DNA of 64,000 bases from an uncultured bacterium (GCA_963705505.1 CAVPJU010000002.1:62549-126548); one strand, 5' to 3'; shown: positions 9,883 through 20,303, numbered from the stretch's first letter. Numbers and translations: made by a program. The notes: generated from the sequence alone by a model not told the origin.

Positions 9883-10413
9883 TCAAAACGCCTTTTGCTG
9901 CTCCAGTATGTTGTCTGTAGGAAGGTCCTCGGCGGAGTAAACTATCTTCTCGACGTCAGGGGGCACTCCGAGCTCCGAGTAGCTGACTAACTTACCGCCC
10001 CTGAGCTCCGCCCTTATGTTAAAGCCGGTCGTAAGCTCTTTCTGCTGGGCTTTCGTTATCATAATCTCCTGCTCGATGCCTGTGCCGCTCTCGACCATTC
10101 TCATAGTACCGTCGCCGACAAGCGTGACCGTCCCCTCCACAGTACCTGAAGACCCCTGCATGAATCTGGGGACGTACTGGCGCCTCTCGTAATCGTTCGG
10201 GTCCTGCCGGGCGCCCGGCTCTTCCATCTGGGCCTCGTAGTCATTCTCCAAGGCATCCGTATCCCGCCCGTTATTGTATTGCGCCGCAGCGGGCTCGCTC
10301 CCGTATGCGCCCTGTGCGGAGTCTCCCCGGATCTCCCCGGCATTAGACATGACGCCGAGACCGGCCGCGGCAAGCAACATCCCCGACACCGTATAAGTCA
10401 AGATCCTTTTCAT
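9883..10413 (-). CDS. Hypothetical secreted protein
   Basis: GGAGG RBS and signal peptide. Confidence 0.7.
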   Translation of the reverse strand: MKRILTYTVSGMLLAAAGLGVMSNAGEIRGDSAQGAYGSEPAAAQYNNGRDTDALENDYEAQMEEPGARQDPNDYERRQYVPRFMQGSSGTVEGTVTLVGDGTMRMVESGTGIEQEIMITKAQQKELTTGFNIRAELRGGKLVSYSELGVPPDVEKIVYSAEDLPTDNILEQQKAF

Positions 10414-10467
10414 AATTCAACACCTCCCTGTGTGGCTTTGAAATGATCTCTTGCTGATTTATGTAAA

Positions 10468-10483
10468 TGCAACGCGTGTGCCA
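10468..10483 (-). promoter_or_regulatory. sigma54 promoter TGGCAC-ACGCG-TTGCA
   Basis: Consensus match ~55 nt upstream of the 10413 start; TGT-N10-ACA palindrome at 10591-10606 as a possible activator site. Confidence 0.75.
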
Positions 10484-10702
10484 TAGCGGACGTGCAAATA
10501 ATTGCGTGTGTGACTGGGTGGTTACGTGATATTCGTAATTAATCAGCCTCGCCGCCTGCGGGCTTTTGTATAGTTTCGGACGGTACGGGGTGTATGCGGA
10601 AATACAGGGGAATGAGGGAGAGCGACGGCGATCACCCGAGCCCTAAGATATGTATGTGCAAATATTTTATCCCCGAATAATTAAACAATGTCTCCCCTCT
10701 TC

Positions 10703-10752
10703 TTGACAACGAATATAGTCCGGTTATTATTTTGATAACGAACATCATTATC
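10703..10752 (+). promoter_or_regulatory. sigma70 promoter (TTGACA-16-TATTAT) followed by a Fur box GATAACGAACATCATTATC (10734-10752)
   Basis: 16/19 match to GATAATGATAATCATTATC, upstream of iron-associated genes. Confidence 0.75.
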
Positions 10753-10780
10753 ACATTCACTCTAGGGAGGAGGGAATAAA

Positions 10781-11905
10781 TTGAAGGGGATCATCATTTA
10801 CCTGAAGCCTCGGATAAAGCTCCTGATCTTCATCCCGGTCCTGCTCTCATGGGTCTTTCAGTCCTGCGGCGAAGTGCACGGGGAGTCGAGGGTAAACACG
10901 AACGACGTGCTGAGAGACCTCGCGTTCTTCGTAATACTCGACACTTATCAAGAGCTCGAGCAAAGGGGGCAGGATCTCCAGAGCGCAATCGAGGCCCTGG
11001 CCGAAAATATAACCCCCGAGAACGTCACCGGCGCGCGTGAGGCGTGGAGGGCCGCGAGGCAGCCCTGGGAATCGAGCGAGGGGTTCTTATACGGCCCTGT
11101 CGACACGGAAGGCATAGACCCGTCTATCGACAGCTGGCCCGTTGACACCACGGGCATAGAGGCCATACTCGCGAGCGATAACGACCTCACTCCCGAATTC
11201 GTATCCTTCCTCGACGGCACGCTCAAGGGCTACCACACTATGGAATACCTCCTCTTCACGAACGGCGGGGATCCGGCGCCGGCTGAGGAAGTCGCCGGGT
11301 ATCTGGGCGCAAACCCGAAGGCCGTCCAGTTCCTTCACTCGCTCATCGTGGACTTCAACAGCCAGGTGACCAAGCTCGTCCTCCTGTGGACGCCGGGGGA
11401 GAGCGATTACGCGGACGAGCTCGCGAACGCGGGTCAGGGGAGCACGGTGTATCCCACTCTCAAGGCGGGGCTCTCGGAGGTGGTAAACGGCATACTGGGC
11501 ATCGCGGAAGAGGTGGGCAACGAAAAGCTCAATGTCCCCTTCTCCGGACAGGACCCCGTCTTCGTCGAGTCGAGGTTCAGCTCCAATTCGATTACCGATT
11601 TCACGAACAACATAACCAGCATAGAGAAGATTTATTTCGGCCTTAACGGGGGGCTCGCTCTCGACGACATAGTCGGGGACATAGACCCTCCCGTGAACGA
11701 CCACGTGCGGAACGCTATAAACGACGCTATAGACGCTATAAACGAGATACCCGAGCCGTTCAACGACTCGGTACTCGTCCCGGCGGACGCTCCTGTCATA
11801 CAGAACGCCATAAACAAGGTCGGCGACCTGCTGCTCATATTACAGGAAGAGGTGTTTCCGATCATGTTCCCCGGCGGAGACAAGCCGCCCGTCGATCTGA
11901 CATAA
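10781..11905 (+). CDS. Imelysin (peptidase M75 / IrpA-like) lipoprotein
   Basis: FQSC lipobox; AW.AAR.PWE.SE.F.YGP, IDSWP and KGYHTMEYLLF (HxxE). Confidence 0.88.
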   Translation: MKGIIIYLKPRIKLLIFIPVLLSWVFQSCGEVHGESRVNTNDVLRDLAFFVILDTYQELEQRGQDLQSAIEALAENITPENVTGAREAWRAARQPWESSEGFLYGPVDTEGIDPSIDSWPVDTTGIEAILASDNDLTPEFVSFLDGTLKGYHTMEYLLFTNGGDPAPAEEVAGYLGANPKAVQFLHSLIVDFNSQVTKLVLLWTPGESDYADELANAGQGSTVYPTLKAGLSEVVNGILGIAEEVGNEKLNVPFSGQDPVFVESRFSSNSITDFTNNITSIEKIYFGLNGGLALDDIVGDIDPPVNDHVRNAINDAIDAINEIPEPFNDSVLVPADAPVIQNAINKVGDLLLILQEEVFPIMFPGGDKPPVDLT

Positions 11906-11953
11906 CGACCCCGCCCGGCATCGAGATGGAATTCAAAGAAGGATGAGGTAAAA

Positions 11954-13339
11954 ATGAGAAGGGTAAAAATTTCAGGGCTGATCGTGCCCTTTATTTTCGC
12001 AATTTTCTTAATCAGCTGCGACGGTGGCGGCACCGATGAAGGAAACGGAGGAGGAGGCGCTGACGAGCTTCTCCTCGGCGGAGACACTACCGTGTCCGAC
12101 GCATCGAGCCAGGCCTTCACGTTCCCCGCTACAGGGCTTTCGGAAGCTGGAGTAAAGAAGCATATGGACGGAGACGCGGCGTTCGAAGCAATTTTTGTTA
12201 CGTCACCCTCCCCCGTCAATCCGGGTTTGGGACCCATCTTTAACAACAACTCTTGTCAAAGCTGTCACTCCAACAACGGCCGAGGAAAACCGGACGATAC
12301 ACTAACCTCCCTACTCTTCAGGTTAAGCGTACCGGGCGAATCCGAGGTCGGGGGTCCCAACCCGGCGGCGGGGTTCGGCCTTCAGCTCCAAACGAGGGCG
12401 ACCGTCGGCACAGAGAGCGAGGCGGGGGTAATAATCGAATACACGGAAATACCCGGAGAATATGGAGACGGCACGAAATATTCTTTGAGAAGCCCGACAT
12501 ACAAAATCGTTGACCCGTACATACCGCTGCCCGTGGGATACCTGCTGTCCCCGCGCATCGCGCCCCCGGTCTTCGGAATGGGGCTTCTGGAAGCCATACC
12601 GGAGGACGAGATACTGGCCAACGCCGACCCCGCCGACGAGGACGGGGACGGTATATCCGGGAGACCGAATATGGTGTGGAATTTGGAGACCGGCCAGACC
12701 GAGCTCGGAAGGTTCGGATGGAAGGCCAACACCCCGACGGCATTCCAGCAGGCGGGGGAAGCGTACAATCAGGACATGGGCATAACGAACCCGCTTGTCC
12801 CCAATGAAAGCTGCCTCGGCCAGACGCAGTGCGACGGCATAGACGACGGCCCGGAGATCGATTCCGATACCCTCGACAATGCCGCTTTCTACGTGGAGAC
12901 GCTGGCGGTCCCGGCGAGGAGGGAATTCGATACCGAGTCCAGACACGGCGAAAAGCTGTTCGATCAGGCGGGCTGCTCCTCGTGCCATACCCCGGTTCAC
13001 ACGACCGGAACGCACCCGTCGAGGAGCGAGGCTGTGCTCAATAACCAGACCATATTCCCCTATACGGACCTCCTGCTCCACGACATGGGGGACGGGCTTG
13101 CCGACAGGAGACCGGATTTCCTCGCGAACGGGAGGGAATGGAGGACCTCGCCGCTCTGGGGGATAGGGCTCACGAAAACCACGAACGGCCACACGAACTT
13201 CCTCCACGACGGGAGGGCCAGGAGCCTCGAAGAGGCAATACTCTGGCACTCGGGCGAGGCCGAGAACGCAAAGGAGTTCTTCAGGAACCTGAGCCCTTCG
13301 GACAGGGAAGCGCTCATAGCGTTCCTGAACAACCTTTAG
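11954..13339 (+). CDS. Di-haem oxidoreductase (DHOR / thiol oxidoreductase family) lipoprotein
   Basis: GLGPIFNNNSCQSCH and CSSCH haem motifs; GRFGWKA, TDLLLHDMG, LHDGRARSLEEAILWH. Confidence 0.92.
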   Translation: MRRVKISGLIVPFIFAIFLISCDGGGTDEGNGGGGADELLLGGDTTVSDASSQAFTFPATGLSEAGVKKHMDGDAAFEAIFVTSPSPVNPGLGPIFNNNSCQSCHSNNGRGKPDDTLTSLLFRLSVPGESEVGGPNPAAGFGLQLQTRATVGTESEAGVIIEYTEIPGEYGDGTKYSLRSPTYKIVDPYIPLPVGYLLSPRIAPPVFGMGLLEAIPEDEILANADPADEDGDGISGRPNMVWNLETGQTELGRFGWKANTPTAFQQAGEAYNQDMGITNPLVPNESCLGQTQCDGIDDGPEIDSDTLDNAAFYVETLAVPARREFDTESRHGEKLFDQAGCSSCHTPVHTTGTHPSRSEAVLNNQTIFPYTDLLLHDMGDGLADRRPDFLANGREWRTSPLWGIGLTKTTNGHTNFLHDGRARSLEEAILWHSGEAENAKEFFRNLSPSDREALIAFLNNL

Positions 13340-13531
13340 GCGGCGAAGGGCCCGGGATATAGGGGACCGTTCCGTGAATTTATCGGCATTATTAAATAAA
13401 CGCAGTATCAGCGAAAGGCACGGGGGCGGAGGGATTATTAAAATTTCTTCTCTTTTTCACTCCGCTTATCCTCCGCTCCCTTGCTATAGAAAACCGATAC
13501 GGGAGTGCCCGGCGGAGGGCGGAGCCTCTGC

Positions 13532-14702
13532 TCAGCTCGCTGAAGAAAGCCGGTTCCGCACTATAAATAAGAGCGGCAGCGATGCCAATTGCGCAGCCAC
13601 CGAGAACACGACCATCCCGATGATCGGACCTCGTGTAGAGAAACCCCATCAGCGAGCTCCCTATGAACCACGCAAGCCCGAAGCCTGCGTTGAAGACACC
13701 ATAAGCGGTCGCGCGGCGGTCTGCGGGCGTGATGTCGGATACGACCGCGCGGAAGATCGATTCCTGAGCGCCCATCCCTATACCCCATAACACCATCCCG
13801 GCGATCAGGAGCCCTACTCCCGAGAGGAACACGAGCGGGGCGCTCAAAGCCGTTACGCATACCGCGAAAAGGAGCACGATCACCCCCTTCCTGTCGTATA
13901 GACGGCCGAGTGCGAGCGCGCTCAGTGCGTCCACACCCATAGCGCCCGAATATATGAGGGGTATCCATTCGTCGGCCAGCATCCCTCCGGTCTTCATGTG
14001 GAACGCCGCCAGAGGAAAGTCGGCGAACCCCAGAGCGACAAACGCTGCGGAGGCGAGATAGAGCCAGAAGACAGGGCGGAGCTTCTCCGCCTGTCCGGGG
14101 TCAAAAGCGGGCTCGAGGGAACGGGGATTAGGGTACGTAACCCTCGCAACGACAAGGACGGATAATGCGAGTAACGCGGGAATCGCCAATACGGCAAAGC
14201 CGTAACGGTAACTGCCCTTCCAGGCCAGCACCGCGGCAACGATCATGGGGCCGATTATCGCCCCTATCTGGTCCATCGCTTCGTGGACGCCGAAGCCCCA
14301 GCCCCGTCCCATCTCGTGCGCGGCATGGGAAAGCATGGCGTCGCGTGCGGGGTTTCTGACCGCCTTCCCGAACCGCTCGGTCATAATGAGCGCCGCTGCG
14401 GCTGGCCAGTTGTGGGTCAGCGCGAGCGCAGGGACCGCCAGGAGATTGATGACGTATCCGGCGATCGTAATCGGCCAGTAGCGGTGTGTCCGGTCGCTCA
14501 GGATTCCGGAGACGATCCTGAACCCGTATCCGATGAATTCGCCCAAACCCGCGACCACGCCCACCGTAAAGGCGCTTGCCCCGAGGACCGCCAGATAAGG
14601 CCCGGTGATACTCCGTGCGGCTTCGTAGGTCATGTCGCCGAAAAGGCTTACGGCGCCCAGGAGAAGGACGAACCTCAAGGCATGGTTTTTCTCTCCCTTC
14701 AT
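13532..14702 (-). CDS. MFS transporter (frameshift near 13620)
   Basis: SLFGDMTYE..RS, ERFGKAVRNPARD and many TM helices; the last TM continues in another frame to a stop at 13532. Confidence 0.85.
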
Positions 14703-14911
14703 CGGAGCGCACCTGCGGTGTACGGGGAAATTCGGCAAGGAAACGATATGTATTTCCGGGGAGTTAGAAGACTATAACGAGGGGTAATGACCGGCAGCCG
14801 CGGTAACGCATCGAGCGTGCCCGCCGGATATAGGGTACGACGGGAAGAGTCGGCATAGTTAAAGATTATGTATGGTTTCCTCAGCACCGTGCGGGGAATC
14901 CCCTGAAAAAC

Positions 14912-15199
14912 TCAATCCTTTTTCTTTTTAGAGGGCTTTTCCTTTGCCGGCGCTTCCTTTTTCTCGACATTATCCACTACCATACCGCTCTCGAGCACGT
15001 ACACGATGCGGTTTATAATGTGGTGGACATTTCGATACTTGTCCTCGAGCTGACACTGGGCAAGCTCAAGCCAGTCTACAAGTATGCGCGTCATGGGGAT
15101 ATTCTGCTGCACGGACCTCGTCCTGAGCAGCTCTTCAAGATCGTCGATGCCCATGCCGAAGAGCTCGAATTCCTTCTCCCTTTCGGTGAGTTCGGCCAT
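14912..15199 (-). CDS. Hypothetical protein
   Basis: AAGGAG RBS; 95 aa with a Lys-rich tail. Confidence 0.65.
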   Translation of the reverse strand: MAELTEREKEFELFGMGIDDLEELLRTRSVQQNIPMTRILVDWLELAQCQLEDKYRNVHHIINRIVYVLESGMVVDNVEKKEAPAKEKPSKKKKD

Positions 15200-15371
15200 A
15201 TTAAGTCTCCTTCGTCTGTATTTATGCTATAGCCCGAGAGTCCCGTATAAACCGTGCGCCACACATTCCCGCGATTCAGGACCGGCTTTCGGGCAAAGCC
15301 CGATTTATATTACATAACGATAGGCATATTAACAATTGCCTGACCGGCCCCGTGAGAATATACTATAGGGT

Positions 15372-15786
15372 ATGAAAAGAGCCATTTATTTTAGCCGCGT
15401 TACTCTTTGTGACTCTCTCCCGGGGGATCGCTCTCGGGGAAGAGTATCTTCCGAATTCGATGTCGACGCACCCCGAGTGGTATATCAAGATACCGCACTG
15501 GTCGGTTTACGCGACGTGGAGCGCAGTCGCGATAATACACGGCGTGACCATAGAGAACACTTCCGACATCCCGTACAAGGACATAAGGGTGAGGGTCACG
15601 TACACGACGAACACAGCCGGGGGCGCGGGCAACGTGGTAAGCCAGGAAGAGGGCGTTCTCCCGGTTACGGTCCCGCCCAGGAGCAAGGACACATACTTGA
15701 AGGCAGGCTACCCGTTCGGCGCGGGCTCCCAGTTCATGAACCCGGTCTCGATACAGGTCCTGGGGGCGACCCCGGTCCTCGACTGA
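15372..15786 (+). CDS. Hypothetical secreted beta-rich protein (frameshift near 15385)
   Basis: MKRAI.. joins LAALLFVTLSRGIALG signal in the 15409 frame; TIENTSDIPYKDIRV. Confidence 0.65.
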
Positions 15787-15968
15787 GAAATTCCGGCGAT
15801 CCGGCAAAAAATTTTCATCTACGAAAAAATTTCCGCCCTCCTGAAAAAATATTTATTAGCTCAGCACGGCCGGGTCAGGCGGTTCCGTATCCTGAAACCC
15901 CGCAATAACCGTGATGTATCCCCACCGCCCGCTTGAGCCGGGCATCCGTCTAAACTTCACAACAGGCT

Positions 15969-16047
15969 GCGGATAAAGGATTATTCAGACCCGACTGCGC
16001 CTCCATGTGCCGGAGCGTGTCGCGTTCTCGCCTGAATACCTTCCCGC
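15969..16047. ncRNA. Candidate structured RNA (long imperfect hairpin)
   Basis: Nested pairings GCGG/CCGC, AAGG/CCTT, TATTCAG/CTGAATA, CGAC/GTCG, CTCC/GGAG in a gap between convergent genes. Confidence 0.3.
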
Positions 16048-16110
16048 CGCTGACATACGTGTAAGCGATTTTTTACGATTAAAAAAAAAGATGCAAAAAA
16101 AATTAAACTT

Positions 16111-16209
16111 TGCTATAATCTTTATGAACCGGTTGTTACAACCTGAGCCCCGTCAACTGAAGACGCGGGTCCTCTTGGCAGGGACCTTAAATCTTCCGGG
16201 GCTCTTTTG
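16111..16209 (+). ncRNA. Candidate small RNA with an extended -10 promoter and a hairpin/terminator
   Basis: TGcTATAAT at 16111-16119, then GGTTG-TTA-CAACC and GAGCCCCG..GAAGA..GGTCC/GGACC..TCTTC..CGGGGGCTC-TTTT. Confidence 0.4.
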
Positions 16210-16423
16210 GAATATTACTTTAATTACTTATACGATGGGTTGGGGTTTTAGCTTTAAATTCTCAAGGGCAAGGATGTAGGAGTTAGAAGGATAGGTTTAT
16301 CCCGGTAGTTCTCTATCTCAAATCGGGTATGCGGCTGATCATGCGCAGGCGCGAGCGGCAAGCGGAATTGTAATGCGCCATTGTATGCGTGCAGCGTCCG
16401 ACCTTGTAATTATTCGCCGATAA

Positions 16424-17182
16424 TCATTCATCTGTGGGAGACGGAGTTTTGGCGGGGACTCCCCTAAGCTCGAGCTCGGCTTGATTAGAGGCGACGCCCG
16501 AAGAATTCGTGATACCCCTTATCGCGCCCGAGAGTGTTCCCGCCTGAAAGTAATTATTCACGTCTATCAGCGCCGCACCGAGCGTATATGGATTATTGCC
16601 CTGCGTGCCGTATGTCATTCTCTGCCTTATGAGGACCAGCCTTTCGAGGCGGAGCGAATCCATTGTGGATACCAACGCGGGTACCGCTTCCTCGTAGAAA
16701 TTGTCCTTGTCGACGGAAGACTCCGGGCCCGTGAGTCCGCCCGATATCGCGAGCAGTATATCCTTCGCCCTCTTGGCCGGGTTAATCGCGTCAGCGGCGT
16801 CGAGACCGAGCACCGCGATATCCGTCACCAGATTAGTATTCGGCTTCGCGCCTCCGCGCACGTCGTTCCTGAATTTGCTGTAGTAGTAATCTATTACGTA
16901 AATACGACCGTTTATGACCTCGTCCCTGAACGCCTTTTGCTGCTCGGGGTTGCCGGCGAGCGCGTTATAACTGTCTATAACCCCCGCGACGTAATACTTC
17001 TTTTCCATCTCCAGCACCTCGCCGTTTATGACTTCCGGGCGGGAGTCGCTGTCCACTCCGCTGCCCGCGAGGTGCGTGCCGGAAGTGGCCCCCGCGCACG
17101 CGGATAGAAAAAGCGCCGATAGGACGAGCGCCCGGACGTAACAGAGACGAAATAACTTCGTCGAAAACTTTTGCCCTCTCAT
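16424..17182 (-). CDS. Hypothetical lipoprotein
   Basis: AAAGGAG RBS and LSAC lipobox. Confidence 0.7.
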   Translation of the reverse strand: MRGQKFSTKLFRLCYVRALVLSALFLSACAGATSGTHLAGSGVDSDSRPEVINGEVLEMEKKYYVAGVIDSYNALAGNPEQQKAFRDEVINGRIYVIDYYYSKFRNDVRGGAKPNTNLVTDIAVLGLDAADAINPAKRAKDILLAISGGLTGPESSVDKDNFYEEAVPALVSTMDSLRLERLVLIRQRMTYGTQGNNPYTLGAALIDVNNYFQAGTLSGAIRGITNSSGVASNQAELELRGVPAKTPSPTDE

Positions 17183-17427
17183 AAATAATTCTCCTTTCAC
17201 CTGCAATATTATACCGTTTTCCCGTACCCGCTTCAGCAGGAATTTTCAGCCGTGCAGTGGGGGCGGCGCTCACTCCCCGCCATACCGCCGCGGGAATGCG
17301 CGCGGAAATTGATATTATTGACACCGTAGCCAAACGGCTATAGATATTAATCAAATAAACAGCTTGCCGGATTCGGCGGACATCGGTGCTTAACCATTCC
17401 GGAGTTACCTCGTGAGAGATCATCTTT

Positions 17428-18639
17428 ATGGTTGTGGTCCCGTTATATTGCGCTGCGTCCGGATACCCGGAGCAAGACGGGATTATGATTCCCAATCAAA
17501 ATAAGACCATACGCCTCATCCCGGGATGTTTTATCCTCGTAATCCTGGTTCTTACGTCGCTCCGGGCACAGCCTGTGTACTCCGCTGAGCCAGTTCCGCC
17601 CGTCGGGCAAATTCCGGCAGTCATTCACGTGGGGGTGATTCCCCTCGAGCCCTTCGTCATCATAAATAATGGCAAACTGAAGGGGATCTCAATAGAGCTT
17701 TGGGAGGAGATTGCCAAGACCCGGGGATGGAAGTATGAATATACCTTCCTGCCCGCAACGGGTTATCTGGATTTCGTGCCCGAGCTCGAGGGAAATAAGT
17801 TCGACGTCGTGATCGGACCGGTCGTGATCACATACCAGCGTTTGAGCGATGTTTCATTTACTATTCCATATTATATATCCACCTCGAACGTGATCACCAG
17901 GAACGAACCGACTACATTCCCCTTATTATTCATTCATTTAATCGAAAGTTCCTTCAAACGTCCGCTCATTATTTTATTTTTGACGATTTTCATCTGCAGT
18001 TTCCTGATCTGGCATAAAGAACGGCACAATTTCCCGGATGCTTTTCCTCAGTCGATACACAAAGGGATACGATATTCGATCTGGTACGGCTTTCATACCA
18101 TGTTCTCTAACGATATATTCTTCGAGATCAAGGACACATACGCGCGCATCCTCACGATCATCATGCTGGTATGCAGCCTCGCCACAGGTTCGATCCTGGC
18201 GGCGACGCTCACGAGCGCCCTTACACTGTCCCACACGGGACGGAAAACCGATATCGACGAGCTCGAGGACTTGAAAGGCCAGACCGTCGCGATAATAGGC
18301 GGTTCGGACGTAGAGGACTATCTTCAGAACCTCGATTTCAGTGTCGTCGAAAAGAGCTCACTCGAAGAAGCGCTCGAAGCCCTGAATAATGAGGATGTCG
18401 TCGCCGTCATCGCCGATAGATTGACGGTAAAGAGTTATTTACGGCATAAAAATATGAGCGATGTACACGTTTCCGACATGGTAATCAGGAGTAATATTCT
18501 CTCCTTCGCCCTGCAGAAAGGCTCCCCGCTGCGCGACCTTATGAATAAATCAATCGTCGGTCTGGAAAATTCGAACTGGATATACAGGATGTGCCTCCAC
18601 TATCTCGACAGGCGCGACGCGGCCTTCTGCACGCTTTAG
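17428..18639 (+). CDS. GluR0-like ligand-binding ion channel (SBP_bac_3 S1 - M1 - P loop - M2 - S2)
   Basis: EPFV...GISIELWEEIA and ITYQR...FTIPYY in S1; two TMs; AATLTSALT; DLKG in S2. Confidence 0.8.
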   Translation: MVVVPLYCAASGYPEQDGIMIPNQNKTIRLIPGCFILVILVLTSLRAQPVYSAEPVPPVGQIPAVIHVGVIPLEPFVIINNGKLKGISIELWEEIAKTRGWKYEYTFLPATGYLDFVPELEGNKFDVVIGPVVITYQRLSDVSFTIPYYISTSNVITRNEPTTFPLLFIHLIESSFKRPLIILFLTIFICSFLIWHKERHNFPDAFPQSIHKGIRYSIWYGFHTMFSNDIFFEIKDTYARILTIIMLVCSLATGSILAATLTSALTLSHTGRKTDIDELEDLKGQTVAIIGGSDVEDYLQNLDFSVVEKSSLEEALEALNNEDVVAVIADRLTVKSYLRHKNMSDVHVSDMVIRSNILSFALQKGSPLRDLMNKSIVGLENSNWIYRMCLHYLDRRDAAFCTL

Positions 18640-18818
18640 GACAATTACCTCTCCGTAGTATTTTTTTCGGCTCCCTCTTTCCTTTTATGAAGGTTTTGTA
18701 TTATAATTGAATTGGGTTATTCCGGATAAAATATTTCGCGTTAATGTATTCCGCCGTCTCAGGCATAAATGGGTCTTGCCTGGCGGCTCGATAAAGTCCA
18801 CAGCAGGTCGGAAGAAAG

Positions 18819-19517
18819 ATGGTCAACCAGTGGGGGACAATTGGAATACCTTCCGAGAACCGTTTTCTCGGTCTCTACTACGAGCCTGAAAGCCGTCAGT
18901 TCTTAGCCCATTTCTATAAGCACCTCGGGGACGGGTTCGGACTCAAGAGCATATACGCAAGGCACATAACGGACGATACGTACAGGAGGATCACCCCCGA
19001 GACGGATGAGCTCTCGTATGAAGACGTCATACTCTGCCCGCGTGTTTCCAGAATCTACGTGAACGTCTTCCGCGTGCACAAGAAAGGCGCAAAAATCACA
19101 GGGTACGAATGGCATTCGATACAGGAGATAGACACGGACACGGGCGGGATAACGACAGTCCTCACCCCGCACGACCTCCCGGTCGAGCCGCCTTATTCGA
19201 AGGCATGGATCAGCAGATTGAGAAACGTCAAGAGCGAGAGCCGGAAGCCCGAGAGGATTACTGAAACCCCGGAGGGAGATTACGTCAGCGAGCCGGGGAC
19301 TCACGCCGTTTACGGGTCGGGAGGAAAAGAACTCCTCTGCACAGTGTCGTTCAGGAAAAGAAAAAGCGGGCACGACGAGCCGGTCGAAGACTACCTCTGC
19401 AAAGTCTCCCCCGGCACAGGCGAGTATAAAAAAATAACGAAGCTCATAAACGCCGCGAAAGAGATTATCAAGCCTGAGAGTGCGGCGAGCGAAAACCTCG
19501 TGCTCGAAGGGCGTTAG
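18819..19517 (+). CDS. Hypothetical protein, paralog of 2213-2773
   Basis: Shared EN.FL.LYY.P.S...LAHF, GLKS..AR, LSYED..LCP and GYEWHSIQ.ID. Confidence 0.75.
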   Translation: MVNQWGTIGIPSENRFLGLYYEPESRQFLAHFYKHLGDGFGLKSIYARHITDDTYRRITPETDELSYEDVILCPRVSRIYVNVFRVHKKGAKITGYEWHSIQEIDTDTGGITTVLTPHDLPVEPPYSKAWISRLRNVKSESRKPERITETPEGDYVSEPGTHAVYGSGGKELLCTVSFRKRKSGHDEPVEDYLCKVSPGTGEYKKITKLINAAKEIIKPESAASENLVLEGR

Positions 19518-19583
19518 AGCCGTACCAATCTTCGAAAGCCCCGCAGACCTCCGAAAATTTCCCAACCTTTTTACGATGATTGA

Positions 19584-20303
19584 TTAGTCTTGAGTGAGCA
19601 GGCCGGCAAACTCCTCGCGCGTGCCGCTGAATACGTTGAGGTCGACGAACCCGTCTATACCCCAGACCCTCCCCTTGTCCGCGTACTGCCAGAAGCTCCA
19701 CTGCCTGCCGTCGGCGAGGCCGGGACTCGAATATATGTCCCGTATCCATATCAGGTAGCCGGGAAGCCCCCCGGCGATAAAGTCCGTGTAAGACTGCTTA
19801 GTCGTGTATATGAGCGGACGCCTGCCGTATCTGCGCTCGACGAGGTCCGAGAACTCTCCGATCTCCCTGAGCACCTCTTCTTTCGAGGGGCGCGCGCTGC
19901 AGTTGCCCCCGTATTCGAGGTCTATCACCGGAGGCAGAAGCCCCGCTGAAACAGGGACGGTATCGATATAATTCATCGCCTGCTCCTTTCCGGACTTACA
20001 GAACGTGAAGTAGTGATAAGCCCCCCTCGTAAGCCCGAGCTCCCCTGCCCTCTTCCAGTACTCGGTAAATTTCGTGTCCTTGTGGTTCCCGCCCTCCGTC
20101 GCCTTGATGAATACGAAGTCGAGGTCGGCGCGCTTCAATATCCCCCAGTCGATCGAATCCTGGTGGTGTGATATGTCGATGCCGCGCACCGGGTATTTTT
20201 TCGAGCTCGGATAATTGAAGCGTATGTAACCCTCCTCGAAGAAGATCACCGCTCCGGCCGCGAGGAATATGATAGTTCCCGATATCGCTATAATGCGGTT
20301 CAT
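19584..20303 (-). CDS. GH25 family lysozyme
   Basis: GIDISHHQ, FVFIKATEG, GAYHYF, IDLE, FWQY, VDLN. Confidence 0.92.
   Translation of the reverse strand: MNRIIAISGTIIFLAAGAVIFFEEGYIRFNYPSSKKYPVRGIDISHHQDSIDWGILKRADLDFVFIKATEGGNHKDTKFTEYWKRAGELGLTRGAYHYFTFCKSGKEQAMNYIDTVPVSAGLLPPVIDLEYGGNCSARPSKEEVLREIGEFSDLVERRYGRRPLIYTTKQSYTDFIAGGLPGYLIWIRDIYSSPGLADGRQWSFWQYADKGRVWGIDGFVDLNVFSGTREEFAGLLTQD

Noticed and set aside
16156..16200. Hammerhead ribozyme (CTGAAGA core followed by a stem)
   Set aside because: The required GAAA after stem II is absent (TTAAA), and GAAGA pairs better with the downstream TCTTC.
19584..20303. Phage endolysin marking a prophage
   Set aside because: GH25 with an N-terminal membrane anchor, host-like composition and no holin or phage neighbours.
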